From: Candidatus Omnitrophota bacterium
Lineage (GTDB): Bacteria; Omnitrophota; Gorgyraeia; Gygaellales; Profunditerraquicolaceae
Assembly (NCBI GenBank): GCA_041650295.1
Contig: JBAZLM010000001.1
Location: 128,318 to 192,317, forward strand
Direction of reading: 5' to 3'
Length of the DNA stretch: 64,000 nt
Part shown: in pieces, positions 1-9,430 of the stretch
How the letters are laid out: each line of letters opens with the position of its first letter
Numbering within the stretch: position 1 is the first letter of the stretch
Translations under genes and position numbers: made by a program
The notes under the pieces: generated by a model
Told to the model about the DNA's origin: nothing
Databases searched by the model: none
What the model saw: only the letters and a program-made list of their open reading frames with translations

Positions 1-191
1 AGGCAAAAATAAGAAAAATAACAGATACTGAGGCCTTGGTGAATTAAGAAGTAATGTTGAGCCAGAAGAACGGCTTTATTTAATATAGATTAAAAACCCC
101 TAATTTTACGTAAATTTGCAGTTCCTCCGTCAAGACCTCTTTTTAGACAAAAGTATTCAACTAAAATCATCTTTATATTAAGAAATTATTT

Positions 192-458
192 ATGCGAGGT
201 ACAAATATTTTGTTTCTTGAGGATAAGATAAGACTTATTATTGCCGGCGCCTTATATGTAACAAAAGCCAAGGTTAAGAATGGTGCCTTGTTGGATAAAG
301 ATTTAGGAGCAGATAATTTAGATAAAGCCATTATCCAAATGAATTTAGAGAATACATTTGACATCGTTATCCCGGATAATCACATCGCCGATAAAAATAA
401 GGTTTCAGAGATTATAGATTATATAAAAGAAAGGACAGATGCTTCAGTTCCAAGGTAG
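192..458 (+). CDS. hypothetical protein (88 aa)
   Basis: ORF in track; no recognisable motifs; overlaps the next ORF by 20 nt in another frame. Confidence 0.2.
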   Translation: MRGTNILFLEDKIRLIIAGALYVTKAKVKNGALLDKDLGADNLDKAIIQMNLENTFDIVIPDNHIADKNKVSEIIDYIKERTDASVPR

Positions 459-840
459 GAACATAACCAGTGAATTTGATTTATTGAGGGTAAAAGCTCA
501 GGCGATTGATTTTATTAAACCTATCAAATTCCAGAATTCAGATCTCGAGAAATTAGCAGATTTAACATTTGAATTAGCTAAAGAGTTAATCTTTAATCAA
601 GTGGATGCTTATATCTGTTTAAATTTCTATAATTTTGGGCGGAAAAAAGGGTTAGAGATGTATGTATATAATAAAAATATGCCTTTAGAAAAAGCGCAAG
701 AAGCTTTAAATCATAACTGTTCTTTAAGCAAAGAGGGCATTTCTTTAGATAGAAAATCAGGATTTTTAGATAAATTTGAGTTAAAAAAAGAGATAAAATC
801 AGGTATAGAGGTTAATATTCTCAAGTGGTCAAAATTATAG
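439..840 (+). CDS. hypothetical protein (133 aa)
   Basis: ORF in track; no recognisable motifs. Confidence 0.25.
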   Translation: MLQFQGRNITSEFDLLRVKAQAIDFIKPIKFQNSDLEKLADLTFELAKELIFNQVDAYICLNFYNFGRKKGLEMYVYNKNMPLEKAQEALNHNCSLSKEGISLDRKSGFLDKFELKKEIKSGIEVNILKWSKL

Positions 841-1103
841 AAGAATCTACAAACCAAGAGAAAAAAGCAGGACAGGTAACCTTTGAAAGCGATAAAGTAA
901 CCGTTAATTTAAACTATAGTTTATGTACAAATTGCGGCCTCTGTATAAGTAATTGTCCGCATAATGTCTTAATTTGGCAGGACAGGGTATTTAAGGAAAA
1001 TAAACATAAAATTGATACTGTTGGAATTAGCGATTTAACTAAATGTAATGCTTGTGGAAGATGTCAGGAGATCTGCAAGCCCAGAGCAATAGTTATTAAA
1101 TAA
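825..1103 (+). CDS. 2[4Fe-4S] ferredoxin-like protein
   Basis: Two CxxCxxCxxxCP motifs are present (CTNCGLCISNCP and CNACGRCQEICKP). Confidence 0.6.
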   Translation: MVKIIEESTNQEKKAGQVTFESDKVTVNLNYSLCTNCGLCISNCPHNVLIWQDRVFKENKHKIDTVGISDLTKCNACGRCQEICKPRAIVIK

Positions 1104-1289
1104 AAAGCATAAATTTGTGAGTAGAGAGACAAAAGTAAATTCTAAATTCATCTGTGAGCTTTGTTCTAAGAAAGTCGGTATGGTTATAAAAGAATACAGA
1201 ACAGGCAGGTGGTTATGTTATGACTGTTATTTTAGAAAAAAAGTCTCTAAGGGTACAGGGGAAGCTTTATTGAAGGGTGGAGAATAAAA

Positions 1290-1790
1290 ATGTTTGAAGT
1301 TGGCGATAAGCTAATCCATAATTCTTACGGACTTTGTAAGATTGCCGCAATCGAAATGCAAGATACCTATTACGGCAAGCAGGAATGCTATATTATTTAT
1401 ATGGACAAAACCAAGATAATGATCCCCGTTACTCACTCTGAAATGCTGCGGTACCCAATAAAGAAAGAAGAGGTCGCAAAAGTTTTAGAAGTGCTTAGTA
1501 ATTCCAAGGAATTGCCAGATGAACTATCTTTTAAGGAATGGACAAGCATATGTACTGAAAAACTGATAAGTAATGATGTTTTAAAGTCCGCCGAAGTCTT
1601 AAGAAATCTGGCATTTTTAGATACTGTAGATAAATTGAAAGGATCGGAAAAGAATTTGTTTGAACGTATCAATAAGATATTATTTGACGAAATATCTTTT
1701 GTTCAAAATATCAATAAACAGGAAGCACAGAGACTTATTCAAAGTTGTCTGAAAAAAATGAGAGTGAGCGCGAAATGCCAGAAGAAATAA
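1290..1790 (+). CDS. CarD/CdnL family transcriptional regulator (RNAP-interacting domain)
   Basis: The N-terminus MFEVGDKLIH..YGLCKI.. and the segment AEVLRNLAFL..SEKNLFERI resemble CdnL/CarD_TRCF family proteins; it is 166 aa long. Confidence 0.6.
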   Translation: MFEVGDKLIHNSYGLCKIAAIEMQDTYYGKQECYIIYMDKTKIMIPVTHSEMLRYPIKKEEVAKVLEVLSNSKELPDELSFKEWTSICTEKLISNDVLKSAEVLRNLAFLDTVDKLKGSEKNLFERINKILFDEISFVQNINKQEAQRLIQSCLKKMRVSAKCQKK

Positions 1791-2005
1791 TATTAAGGGT
1801 AGCTGATACAATAGAATGTTCAAATGGCCAGAAGGGGATAATTGAAAAAATCAGGATAATTTCAAGCGGTAGGTTTCTGGAAGAATACGTTTATGACGGT
1901 CGAGGCCAAGATTTAGTATTAACTTTGCGTGGTAATAATAGCCTGAGTAATCTTTGGGTTAAAGATATGCACATCCATAAAATGTCGGTGGAAAAGAAAG
2001 GATAA
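1745..2005 (+). CDS. hypothetical protein
   Basis: ORF in track with no motif; the true start may be the internal Met near 1775. Confidence 0.2.
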   Translation: MSEKNESEREMPEEIILRVADTIECSNGQKGIIEKIRIISSGRFLEEYVYDGRGQDLVLTLRGNNSLSNLWVKDMHIHKMSVEKKG

Positions 2006-2009
2006 GATT

Positions 2010-2276
2010 ATGTCTGCCTTTATACGGACTGTTCAAGGGGAAATTTTTGGTATAGACCATAATAAGAAACATTTTTCTTTGTCCGTTAAAGAATTCCGGG
2101 GCGGAATAAGCCAGAATAAAAAGATAGATTTTTTACTGGATCCCAATGTGGGGATTACGGATATTTCTAATCAACAGATCAAGCTTGTGGGTTTGAAAGC
2201 GGATGACAAAGTAGAAATCGGCTATATAAGGGATAAAACTCAAAGAATTGCTCAATCTATAAAAATTATCAGCTGA
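2010..2276 (+). CDS. small β-rich protein, paralog 1 of 4 (conserved C-terminal motif L..LK.GDKV.I)
   Basis: Shares the C-terminal pattern [IL]xLxxhKxGxKVxhxa...GxxxAxxIxhh with the next three ORFs; preceded by an RBS-like AAAGGA. Confidence 0.4.
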   Translation: MSAFIRTVQGEIFGIDHNKKHFSLSVKEFRGGISQNKKIDFLLDPNVGITDISNQQIKLVGLKADDKVEIGYIRDKTQRIAQSIKIIS

Positions 2277-2333
2277 TAAAGTTATTAGTAATCCGGTTTT
2301 TATAAAACAATAAAAGGAAGGGTAAAAAATAAA

Positions 2334-2597
2334 ATGGGTTACAGGATTCTAGATGTAAAAGTAGCGAAAGTTAATCTTGGGGCAAATAAATTAGTTGTCA
2401 AGAGAAAGAAAGCCAGTGGGAGTAAGACAAGATTCTTAGAAAATGTTTTTGTTCTTAATATTAACACTCTTATTACAAGTAAAGAGAATAAAACTATTCA
2501 GCTTTCAGGAATAAGGGTTGGCAGCAAAGTAACAATTGATTTTATAAAGACTCAAGGCAAAAAATTGCTAGCAAAAGGGATAAGTATCTTGAATTAA
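2334..2597 (+). CDS. small β-rich protein, paralog 2 of 4
   Basis: Same C-terminal motif (IQLSGIRVGSKVTIDFIK); RBS AAGGAAGGG. Confidence 0.4.
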   Translation: MGYRILDVKVAKVNLGANKLVVKRKKASGSKTRFLENVFVLNINTLITSKENKTIQLSGIRVGSKVTIDFIKTQGKKLLAKGISILN

Positions 2598-2636
2598 ATA
2601 TATTTTTACTTTACTCAAATACCCGGAAGTTACGAA

Positions 2637-2927
2637 GTGAACAAGAAAATTGAAAGAATTAGTAATATTTCCGTATTAGATATTGAATTAGCTACAAGGA
2701 AACTTACGGTATGGCGTAAAAAAAACGAAACCGACAGAGTGGTGGATGTATTGACCACTTTTTTTGTTGCACAAGATGCTCAAATTAAAGATATATATGG
2801 CTGTACGTTTATTCTTTCTAAGATTAAATCTGGCTGCAGGGTTAGCGTTGATTATGTGAAAGAAAAAGACGGTAGATTTATTGCTTCAAACATTGTAGTT
2901 ATAGTTAAATCACAGGGAAGGAGGTGA
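2637..2927 (+). CDS. small β-rich protein, paralog 3 of 4 (GTG start)
   Basis: Same motif (LSKIKSGCRVSVDYVKEKDGRFIASNIVVI); GTG at 2637. Confidence 0.35.
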   Translation: MNKKIERISNISVLDIELATRKLTVWRKKNETDRVVDVLTTFFVAQDAQIKDIYGCTFILSKIKSGCRVSVDYVKEKDGRFIASNIVVIVKSQGRR

Positions 2928-2934
2928 GGGGGAA

Positions 2935-3306
2935 ATGGTCAAAACAATGAAGTTCGCGTTAGCGTGTTTAGTGGTAGTCGGGCTAGTGGGGGTGGTGATT
3001 CCAGCTTTTGCTGAAGAAAAAGCGGAACCGCAGGTTACCTCGGTTTCAGGCGAGGTGGTTTCAGTCGACCTGGTAAAATCCGAAGTGGTGGTAAAGCAGC
3101 TAAAGGATATGGTTACTAGCACCTACGAGAATACCACGTTTTCTATCGCATCTGAAACAAAAATTAACAAAGGAGATGTTATCTTAAAGCTTTCTGATTT
3201 GAAGGTAGGAGATAAGGTAACGGTGAATTCTGCTACTGATGTATTAGGAAAGCAAAATGTTAAAAGCATTACCGTAGTAGTTCAAGAAGCAATACCAGCT
3301 AAATAA
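2935..3306 (+). CDS. secreted small β-rich protein, paralog 4 of 4 (signal peptide)
   Basis: N-terminal signal peptide MKFALACLVVVGLVGVVIPAFA; motif LKLSDLKVGDKVTVN...SITVVV; strong RBS GGAGG. Confidence 0.45.
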   Translation: MVKTMKFALACLVVVGLVGVVIPAFAEEKAEPQVTSVSGEVVSVDLVKSEVVVKQLKDMVTSTYENTTFSIASETKINKGDVILKLSDLKVGDKVTVNSATDVLGKQNVKSITVVVQEAIPAK

Positions 3307-3382
3307 GTGATCAAAATAGATAGCGGCGGTTAGTTATCGCCAAATTAACCGCCGCTATTATCTAAAAGAGAAAGGCAGACTT

Positions 3383-3865
3383 TTGATGCAGGATAGATGG
3401 TGGGTGGTTATACCTATAATTTTTTTACTTGCCGGCTGTTCCACAGTTACAAGTAATAGAATAAATAATCTTGAAACAAAAGTAAACACCTTAGAGACAA
3501 AAGTTGATTCTATTGAGCAAAGGCAATCTACCATAGAGGGGCAGAATGGTGAGTCTCGGGAATCAGTAGGTTATTTAAAAGGTAAGGTAGATTCACGTGG
3601 ACCTTCTACTGTAGTTGTTACTGGCGTTCAGGGTAATGAAGGGTATCTTTATAAATCTGGGAGGGCGTCTTTAACCCAAAAGGATATTCAGCTTGCCTTA
3701 AAGAATGCGGGATTTTATAACGGGCCTATTGACGGTAGAATTGGTAGGAATACCAAGAAAGCTATTAAGGAATTTCAAAAGGCAAAGGAATTAGAAGTTG
3801 ATGGAAAAGTTGGCCCTAAGACAAAGAGTTTACTTATTCAATATTTAACAGTCAAGACAGAGTAA
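3383..3865 (+). CDS. lipoprotein with C-terminal peptidoglycan-binding (PG_binding_1-like) domain
   Basis: Lipobox LLAGCST; coiled-coil NLETKVNTLETKVDSIEQ; C-terminal GFYNGPIDGRIGRNTKKAIKEFQKAKELEVDGKVGPKT is typical of PG-binding domain 1. Confidence 0.55.
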   Translation: MMQDRWWVVIPIIFLLAGCSTVTSNRINNLETKVNTLETKVDSIEQRQSTIEGQNGESRESVGYLKGKVDSRGPSTVVVTGVQGNEGYLYKSGRASLTQKDIQLALKNAGFYNGPIDGRIGRNTKKAIKEFQKAKELEVDGKVGPKTKSLLIQYLTVKTE

Positions 3866-3898
3866 GAATCGTGTACTGTAAAGATAAAATGAAAGGGG

Positions 3899-4093
3899 GT
3901 GAAAGTGATGGCATCTGATAATCTTTTTAAGGTTAAAACTAATTGGAGTTTTCCAAAGGTTGATGAGGCAAAATTGCAGCAGATGATTAGTGGAACGGCT
4001 TACCACATATGGGAGCGCAAAGGAAAACCTGCTGGTAAAGATTGGGAGAATTGGTTTCAGGCAGAAAAACAAATTCGTGTAAAATATAAATAA
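3899..4093 (+). CDS. DUF2934-like small protein
   Basis: Motif AYHIWERKGKPAGKDWENWFQAEKQI matches the DUF2934 signature (AxxxWExxGxPxGxDxxxWxxAE). Confidence 0.4.
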   Translation: MKVMASDNLFKVKTNWSFPKVDEAKLQQMISGTAYHIWERKGKPAGKDWENWFQAEKQIRVKYK

Positions 4094-4549
4094 AGTAAGC
4101 GGATAAAAATAGTATGAAAAAAGTTTAAGTTACGACTGTGGTCCACAAGAAGATTTAAAAATATTAATAAGGTTTAGAAAAAGGAGTTGTTAGTGTCGTT
4201 TATAATACGGCAACAATTTGGAGTATTGGCTCTTGCTGTCCTGTTCTCCATATTATTTACTTCTATGAATAATATGGATCAAAAAGTGCATAAAGTAGGT
4301 AGCAAAATATAAAAGCGTTCATATCAAACTGGCTGAACCATTCTGATGGTAAAAAGGTTTTATTTTTATGAAGTAATTGCCAGCGTAAAGTAATTACCTT
4401 GTTTTTTTAAAAAATAGTGGTATTATTAATAAGTAAATAGTTCCGAGTTTTAAGGTGGGTCTGGATTAAGAAAACAACGAGAAACCTTTGTCCGCGGTTG
4501 GTATCTACTGACAAAGGATTTTTATTTTTATAGAGGTTATTTTGCCTAA

Positions 4550-6406
4550 ATGCTAGATTTTTTACCGAAACAGCTTTTTCTATTTGATCCGCTTTCGTTA
4601 TTCTTCCTTTTCGTTATCTTTATTGTTTCCCTTCCGTCAGCCATCTACTCTCTCGGTTATTTAAAAAAAGAGTACTCATCTTTTAAAATAATCCTTTCCT
4701 GGTTTTTGTTGGTCATTTTTGTTTTGTCTATGGTCGCGGTGGTGACTGTAGGCAATGTATTGCTATTTCTTGTGGCCTGGGAAACCATGTCCTTGGTTTC
4801 TTATTTTCTTGTGGTTTTCGATACCACGCATGAAAAATCAATACGGGCAGGCGCAATCTATATCATTATGACGCACATCGGAACGGCATTTTTGGTCGCG
4901 GCTTTTATGATCATGTATAAATATGCGCATTCATTTGATTTTATTGCCATAAAGAATGTTTGTCTTGTAATGCCGGTACTGACAAAAAATATTGTTTTCT
5001 TGCTACTCTTAGCGGGTTTTGGAACAAAAGCTGGTATTGTTCCTTTGCATATTTGGTTACCTTACGCGCATCCGCAGGCTCCTAGCCATATCTCTAGCAT
5101 TATGTCGGGCGTAATGATTAAGACCGCGATATATGGAATAATTAGGTTTGTAATATTTCTATTGGGTGTAAATTCTACTTGGTGGGGAGTTTTGATTTTG
5201 ATTTTGGCATTGATAACTTGTCTGGTAGGCGTGATTTATGCGCTCATGGAACGCGATATAAAGAGGCTGCTTGCTTACTCGAGCGTAGAAAACATCGGAA
5301 TAATATTATTGGGGGTGGGTTTGGCGATGTTATTGATGGCTATGAAGATGCCATATTTAGCCGTATTCTCTCTTATTGCAGGGCTATACCATTTAGTAAA
5401 TCATGCAATTTTTAAGGGGCTTTTATTTTTATGTGCAGGTTCTGTATATAAAGCTACAGGAACGCGTGATATTGAAAAATTAGGAGGTTTAATTAAGAAG
5501 ATGCCCCAGAGTGCGGTTTATTTTTTAATCGGCTCTATGGCAATTTCGGCATTGCCGCCATTGAATGGTTTTGTAAGTGAATGGTTGACATTGCAAGCAT
5601 TTTTTCATGGCGCTCTTAATTCAACAGGGGGGACTAAGCTTTTTCTAGGAATTTGCGCTGCAATGCTGGCTTTAACTGGTGGCTTGGCAGCTGCGTGTTT
5701 TGTTAAAGCTTTTGGGATGGTTTTTCTTGGGCTGCCCAGAAGCCATTATGTTCAAAGCGCCAAAGAAGCGCCTTTTTCTATGAACTCCGGCATGTTTTTT
5801 TTATCGTTTCTGGCAGTTGTTTTTGGAATAGCTGTAGGTTTCATAATAAAATTATTAGCAAAAGTTGCAGCGGGTGTAATGAATATTGATATAAGCAGTA
5901 TGAGTTTTTCATTGACGAATCTTATTCTAACTCCGCGGATAGGTTTGACTGCCGTAGGAGTAGGTAAAAGTATATACCTATCTACGCCCATGCTTGCCCT
6001 GGTATTAGCAGCAATGGGATTGGTAGGTTTTGTTTTATACAAATTATTTGGAAAAGGTAAATTGATAATTTATAAGATTTGGGATTGTGGTTATTATAAA
6101 TTAGATTCGCGTAATGAATATACGGGTACGGCATTTTCAAAGCCATTTAGAATCGCTTTTAGTTTTTTCCTGTTGCCTTATCGCAAGACACAAAAGATAA
6201 GGGAGTCATTCTACCATATTAAATCATTTGCCTATGAAACACATACAACGCCTGTGTTTAAGAAATATATTTATGAGCCCTTGGTTGCCTTAGTGTTAAA
6301 ATCTGCTAAGTTTATGAGGAGAATTCAGCCGGGCAGTATTCATTTGTATCTGGCGTATATTTTTTGCACGCTTCTGTTGTTAATTATATTTATGGATAAA
6401 TTTTAA
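4550..6406 (+). CDS. Hyf/Hyc-type membrane subunit (HyfB/HycC/NuoL-like antiporter-like subunit)
   Basis: GTKAGIVPLHIWLPYAHPQAPSHISSIMSGVMIKTAIYG is the NuoL/M/N (Mrp antiporter) signature; 618 aa polytopic membrane protein. Confidence 0.7.
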   Translation: MLDFLPKQLFLFDPLSLFFLFVIFIVSLPSAIYSLGYLKKEYSSFKIILSWFLLVIFVLSMVAVVTVGNVLLFLVAWETMSLVSYFLVVFDTTHEKSIRAGAIYIIMTHIGTAFLVAAFMIMYKYAHSFDFIAIKNVCLVMPVLTKNIVFLLLLAGFGTKAGIVPLHIWLPYAHPQAPSHISSIMSGVMIKTAIYGIIRFVIFLLGVNSTWWGVLILILALITCLVGVIYALMERDIKRLLAYSSVENIGIILLGVGLAMLLMAMKMPYLAVFSLIAGLYHLVNHAIFKGLLFLCAGSVYKATGTRDIEKLGGLIKKMPQSAVYFLIGSMAISALPPLNGFVSEWLTLQAFFHGALNSTGGTKLFLGICAAMLALTGGLAAACFVKAFGMVFLGLPRSHYVQSAKEAPFSMNSGMFFLSFLAVVFGIAVGFIIKLLAKVAAGVMNIDISSMSFSLTNLILTPRIGLTAVGVGKSIYLSTPMLALVLAAMGLVGFVLYKLFGKGKLIIYKIWDCGYYKLDSRNEYTGTAFSKPFRIAFSFFLLPYRKTQKIRESFYHIKSFAYETHTTPVFKKYIYEPLVALVLKSAKFMRRIQPGSIHLYLAYIFCTLLLLIIFMDKF

Positions 6407-6410
6407 AATA

Positions 6411-7331
6411 ATGAAAATTATATTAATTTTATTGCAATTGATTTTTTTTATTGTGCTTGCACCGTTTCTAAGTGGGTTGGTTGCTAAGCTAAAAAATAGC
6501 TTTAGGATGCGCAGAGGCCAAAGTGTTTTTCAACCGTATTACAATCTCATGAAACTTTTTTCTAAGGGTGAGGTTGTTTCTCAAACCGCTTCTTGGATAT
6601 TTAAAGTCACGCCTTTTATTGTAATTTCTTCGACCTTAACTGTAGCATTGCTAGTTCCTGTGTTTATTTTATCTAGTCCATTGTACTGTATGAGTGATTT
6701 TTTAGCGATTATTTTTATTTTTGCTTTAGGCCGTTTTTTTCTTGCTTTGGCAGCCCTAGATACCGGAAGCTCTTTTGGCGGGATGGGTGCATCAAGAGAG
6801 ATGTTTATCTCAAGCTTAGTGGAGCCGGCTCTTTGTTTGGTAGTATTTTCTATTTCTATGCAATTCGGGTCAACAAATATTTTTGTTTTTAGCGGCATGC
6901 ATGCGGTATCTGTTTCTTCTATCGTTGCTGCAATTGCTTTATTTCTAGTTGTTATTGCCGAGACATCGCGTATTCCGGTGGATAATCAAGAAACACATCT
7001 TGAATTAACTATGGTACACGAAGCGATGGCGTTGGAATATTCAGGTAGGTCTCTTGCTTTAATAGAGATGGCTGCGCATATAAAACAAATGATCTGGTTT
7101 TTTTTGATTGCCCAGATAATTTTCCCCATTGCTGTTTTAAGCTCGATTAATTTAACAGGGTTATTTTTTTGGGGATTATGGTATTTGGCCAGGATATTTA
7201 TTATTGTTATAACAGTGGCTCTGGTAGAAGTCTTGGTTGCCAAGATGCGATTATTTAGGGTTGCTGATTTCTTAGGATTTGTTTTTGTGTTAGGGGCCAT
7301 TGCTACTGTATGTGCAATTTTAGGAGTTTAA
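6411..7331 (+). CDS. Hyf/Hyc-type membrane subunit (HyfC/HycD/NuoH-like)
   Basis: 306 aa membrane protein; FQPYYNLMKLFSKGE is NuoH-like; gene order follows the HyfB-like gene. Confidence 0.65.
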   Translation: MKIILILLQLIFFIVLAPFLSGLVAKLKNSFRMRRGQSVFQPYYNLMKLFSKGEVVSQTASWIFKVTPFIVISSTLTVALLVPVFILSSPLYCMSDFLAIIFIFALGRFFLALAALDTGSSFGGMGASREMFISSLVEPALCLVVFSISMQFGSTNIFVFSGMHAVSVSSIVAAIALFLVVIAETSRIPVDNQETHLELTMVHEAMALEYSGRSLALIEMAAHIKQMIWFFLIAQIIFPIAVLSSINLTGLFFWGLWYLARIFIIVITVALVEVLVAKMRLFRVADFLGFVFVLGAIATVCAILGV

Positions 7332-7332
7332 G

Positions 7333-7968
7333 ATGCAGGTTATAATCTTATTTACAGTTTTAGTTTCGACTTATCTTATGGTGATTGCCAAAAGAACGCC
7401 AGCTTTAATTAGAAGTTTTCGTTATCAATCGTTTTGCCTTTTTTTGGCTACGCTTATTCTCGCGTTGCGTGAACATCAGCTGGATCTGTATGTAGTCTCA
7501 GGGTTGTTATTTATTTTAAAAGTAGTTTTTATCCCGCAGTTATTATATCGCACCATAAAAAAAATAAAAGCTTCTGAGGAATTAGGATTATTTATTAATC
7601 CCCAGTTATCTTTATTATGGGCTTTAGGGTTTACTTATTTATCTTGGGTTTTTAGCGCGCATTTAATTGGTCAAGGTAATGAAATTAGGGTTATTATGCT
7701 GGCAGTGGCTTTTTTTGTGGTATTAGCCGGTATATTTTTGATGATCTTTAGAATGACTGCCCTTGCTCAAATTATCGGGTTATTGGTAATGGAGAATGGC
7801 ATATTTTTGCTGGCCTCAATGGTCTCTGGCGGAATGCCGTTTTTTGTTGAGATTGCCATATTTTTTGACGTATTTGTAAGTGTTTTGATTATGGGTTTTT
7901 TTGTTTATAGAATTAACAAGTTTTTTACGCATATTGATGTGAATAAACTTTCGCGCCTAAAAGGATAA
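7333..7968 (+). CDS. HyfE-like membrane subunit
   Basis: 211 aa; the C-terminus YRINKFFTHIDVNKLSRLKG closely resembles the HyfE C-terminus (..RTHGTLDVNNLTALKG). Confidence 0.6.
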   Translation: MQVIILFTVLVSTYLMVIAKRTPALIRSFRYQSFCLFLATLILALREHQLDLYVVSGLLFILKVVFIPQLLYRTIKKIKASEELGLFINPQLSLLWALGFTYLSWVFSAHLIGQGNEIRVIMLAVAFFVVLAGIFLMIFRMTALAQIIGLLVMENGIFLLASMVSGGMPFFVEIAIFFDVFVSVLIMGFFVYRINKFFTHIDVNKLSRLKG

Positions 7969-7972
7969 TTTA

Positions 7973-9430
7973 ATGCAGATATTTTTTATTTTAGGAATTC
8001 CAATATTGTTGGCAGTAACGTGTTTGTTGATTAGAAGACAGAGGTTTCTGGGTATATTAAATTGTGTTGGTTATTTGGTGGTTTTATTTTTAAGCGTAAT
8101 TCTTTTGAAGCAGATAGCTTTATCAGGATCTACTAGATCATTTCTGGGGTTTATATGCCTGGATGCCTTGAGCGTATTTTTTATTTTTGTTATTGCCGTG
8201 GTTGTTTTTGCTTCGGCTCTATATTCGGTAGGGTATATAAAAAAAGACATAGAGAAAGGGATTATATCCCAGAAGAAAGCTAGCACTTATTATCTTCTTT
8301 TTAATCTATTCTGTTGTTCAATGTTTTTTGTCCCGGCAATGAATAACCTGGGCATGCTCTGGGTGGCTATCGAAATGACTACGCTTATTTCTGCGTTTTT
8401 AGTAGGATTTTACAATAAAAAAGAGTCTGTAGAGGCTGCTTGGAAATATATAATTATTTGTTCAGTGGGAATAATTTTTGCGCTTTTAGGCACAATCCTT
8501 TTTTCTTATGCTTTTTCAATTTCTGGGCTTTCGAAAAGCTTAAATTGGTCGGATATGGTTGGGGTTGCGCAGATATTAGATAAAAATATACTCAAAATAG
8601 CTTTTATTTTTATTTTAGTTGGTTATGGAACAAAGGCTGGGCTTGCGCCTATGCATACTTGGTTACCGGATGCTCACAGCCAAGCGGTGGCTCCAATTAG
8701 CGCGCTTTTATCCGGGGTTTTATTAAAAACTGCAATTTATGCAATTTTGAGATTTGGTATCATCATAATTAAGAGTGTTGGTTTCGCGTATTTTGCGCAC
8801 TTAATGATTCTTTTAGGAGTTATTTCTTTGGTAATATCCAGTGGTTTTATTTTAGTCCAGAAAGATTTAAAACGCCTCTTGGCTTATAGCAGTATTGAGC
8901 ATATCGGGATAATTGCTATCGGTTTTGGTTTGGGCACTCCTTTGGCTTGTGCCGGTGCCCTACTGCATGTTTTTAACCATGCCGTGACCAAGTCTTTAAT
9001 GTTCTTTGGGGCAGGAAACATCGTTAGTTTTTATAGAAAACATAATATGAATGCGATTAGGGGAGTAAGTAAAGCGCTCCCTTTTACTGGTATGATGATG
9101 TTTCTGGGTGTATTTGCGCTTACAGGTTTTCCGCCGTTTTCTATATTTATTAGTGAGATGATGATTATTATTGCTGCCTTTACCAAGAGTTCGTATTTAA
9201 TTGCTGCAATATTGCTACTATTTTTAGCAATTATTTTTGGAGCATTTATCAATCACTTTGGGAAAATGCTCTTTGGTAGTATTCCTAAGGGGATGACTAA
9301 AACTGGTGAACCACTAACCGGAAAGTTTGCGTTTTTGTTTTTAGGCTTATTGATATGTATAACAGGAGTTGCGTTCGTATTTATAAAAGGGGAATGGATA
9401 TGGGTTGTTCAGAAGTTATTTCTAATATAA
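7973..9430 (+). CDS. HyfF/NuoN-like antiporter-like membrane subunit
   Basis: GTKAGLAPMHTWLPDAHSQAVAPISALLSGVLLKTAIY motif; 485 aa. Confidence 0.7.
   Translation: MQIFFILGIPILLAVTCLLIRRQRFLGILNCVGYLVVLFLSVILLKQIALSGSTRSFLGFICLDALSVFFIFVIAVVVFASALYSVGYIKKDIEKGIISQKKASTYYLLFNLFCCSMFFVPAMNNLGMLWVAIEMTTLISAFLVGFYNKKESVEAAWKYIIICSVGIIFALLGTILFSYAFSISGLSKSLNWSDMVGVAQILDKNILKIAFIFILVGYGTKAGLAPMHTWLPDAHSQAVAPISALLSGVLLKTAIYAILRFGIIIIKSVGFAYFAHLMILLGVISLVISSGFILVQKDLKRLLAYSSIEHIGIIAIGFGLGTPLACAGALLHVFNHAVTKSLMFFGAGNIVSFYRKHNMNAIRGVSKALPFTGMMMFLGVFALTGFPPFSIFISEMMIIIAAFTKSSYLIAAILLLFLAIIFGAFINHFGKMLFGSIPKGMTKTGEPLTGKFAFLFLGLLICITGVAFVFIKGEWIWVVQKLFLI

Noticed and set aside
4196-4315. 40-aa hydrophobic ORF (VSFIIRQQFGVLALAVLFSILFTSMNNMDQKVHKVGSKI) in the gap upstream of the hyf-like operon
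   Set aside because: Too short with no supporting signal; it may be a leader peptide, but there is no evidence.
5752-6042. Minus-strand ORFs of 60-144 aa lying inside large + strand genes (e.g. 5179..5415, 5752..6042, 6581..6898, 6986..7300, 9474..9908, 20908..21240, 26981..27298, 38015..38380, 50163..50351, 50748..51050, and all minus-strand ORFs between 55124 and 63700)
   Set aside because: They are fully embedded antisense to, or out of frame with, genes that have strong homology signals or the giant continuous + frame. They have no RBS or motifs, so they are treated as spurious.
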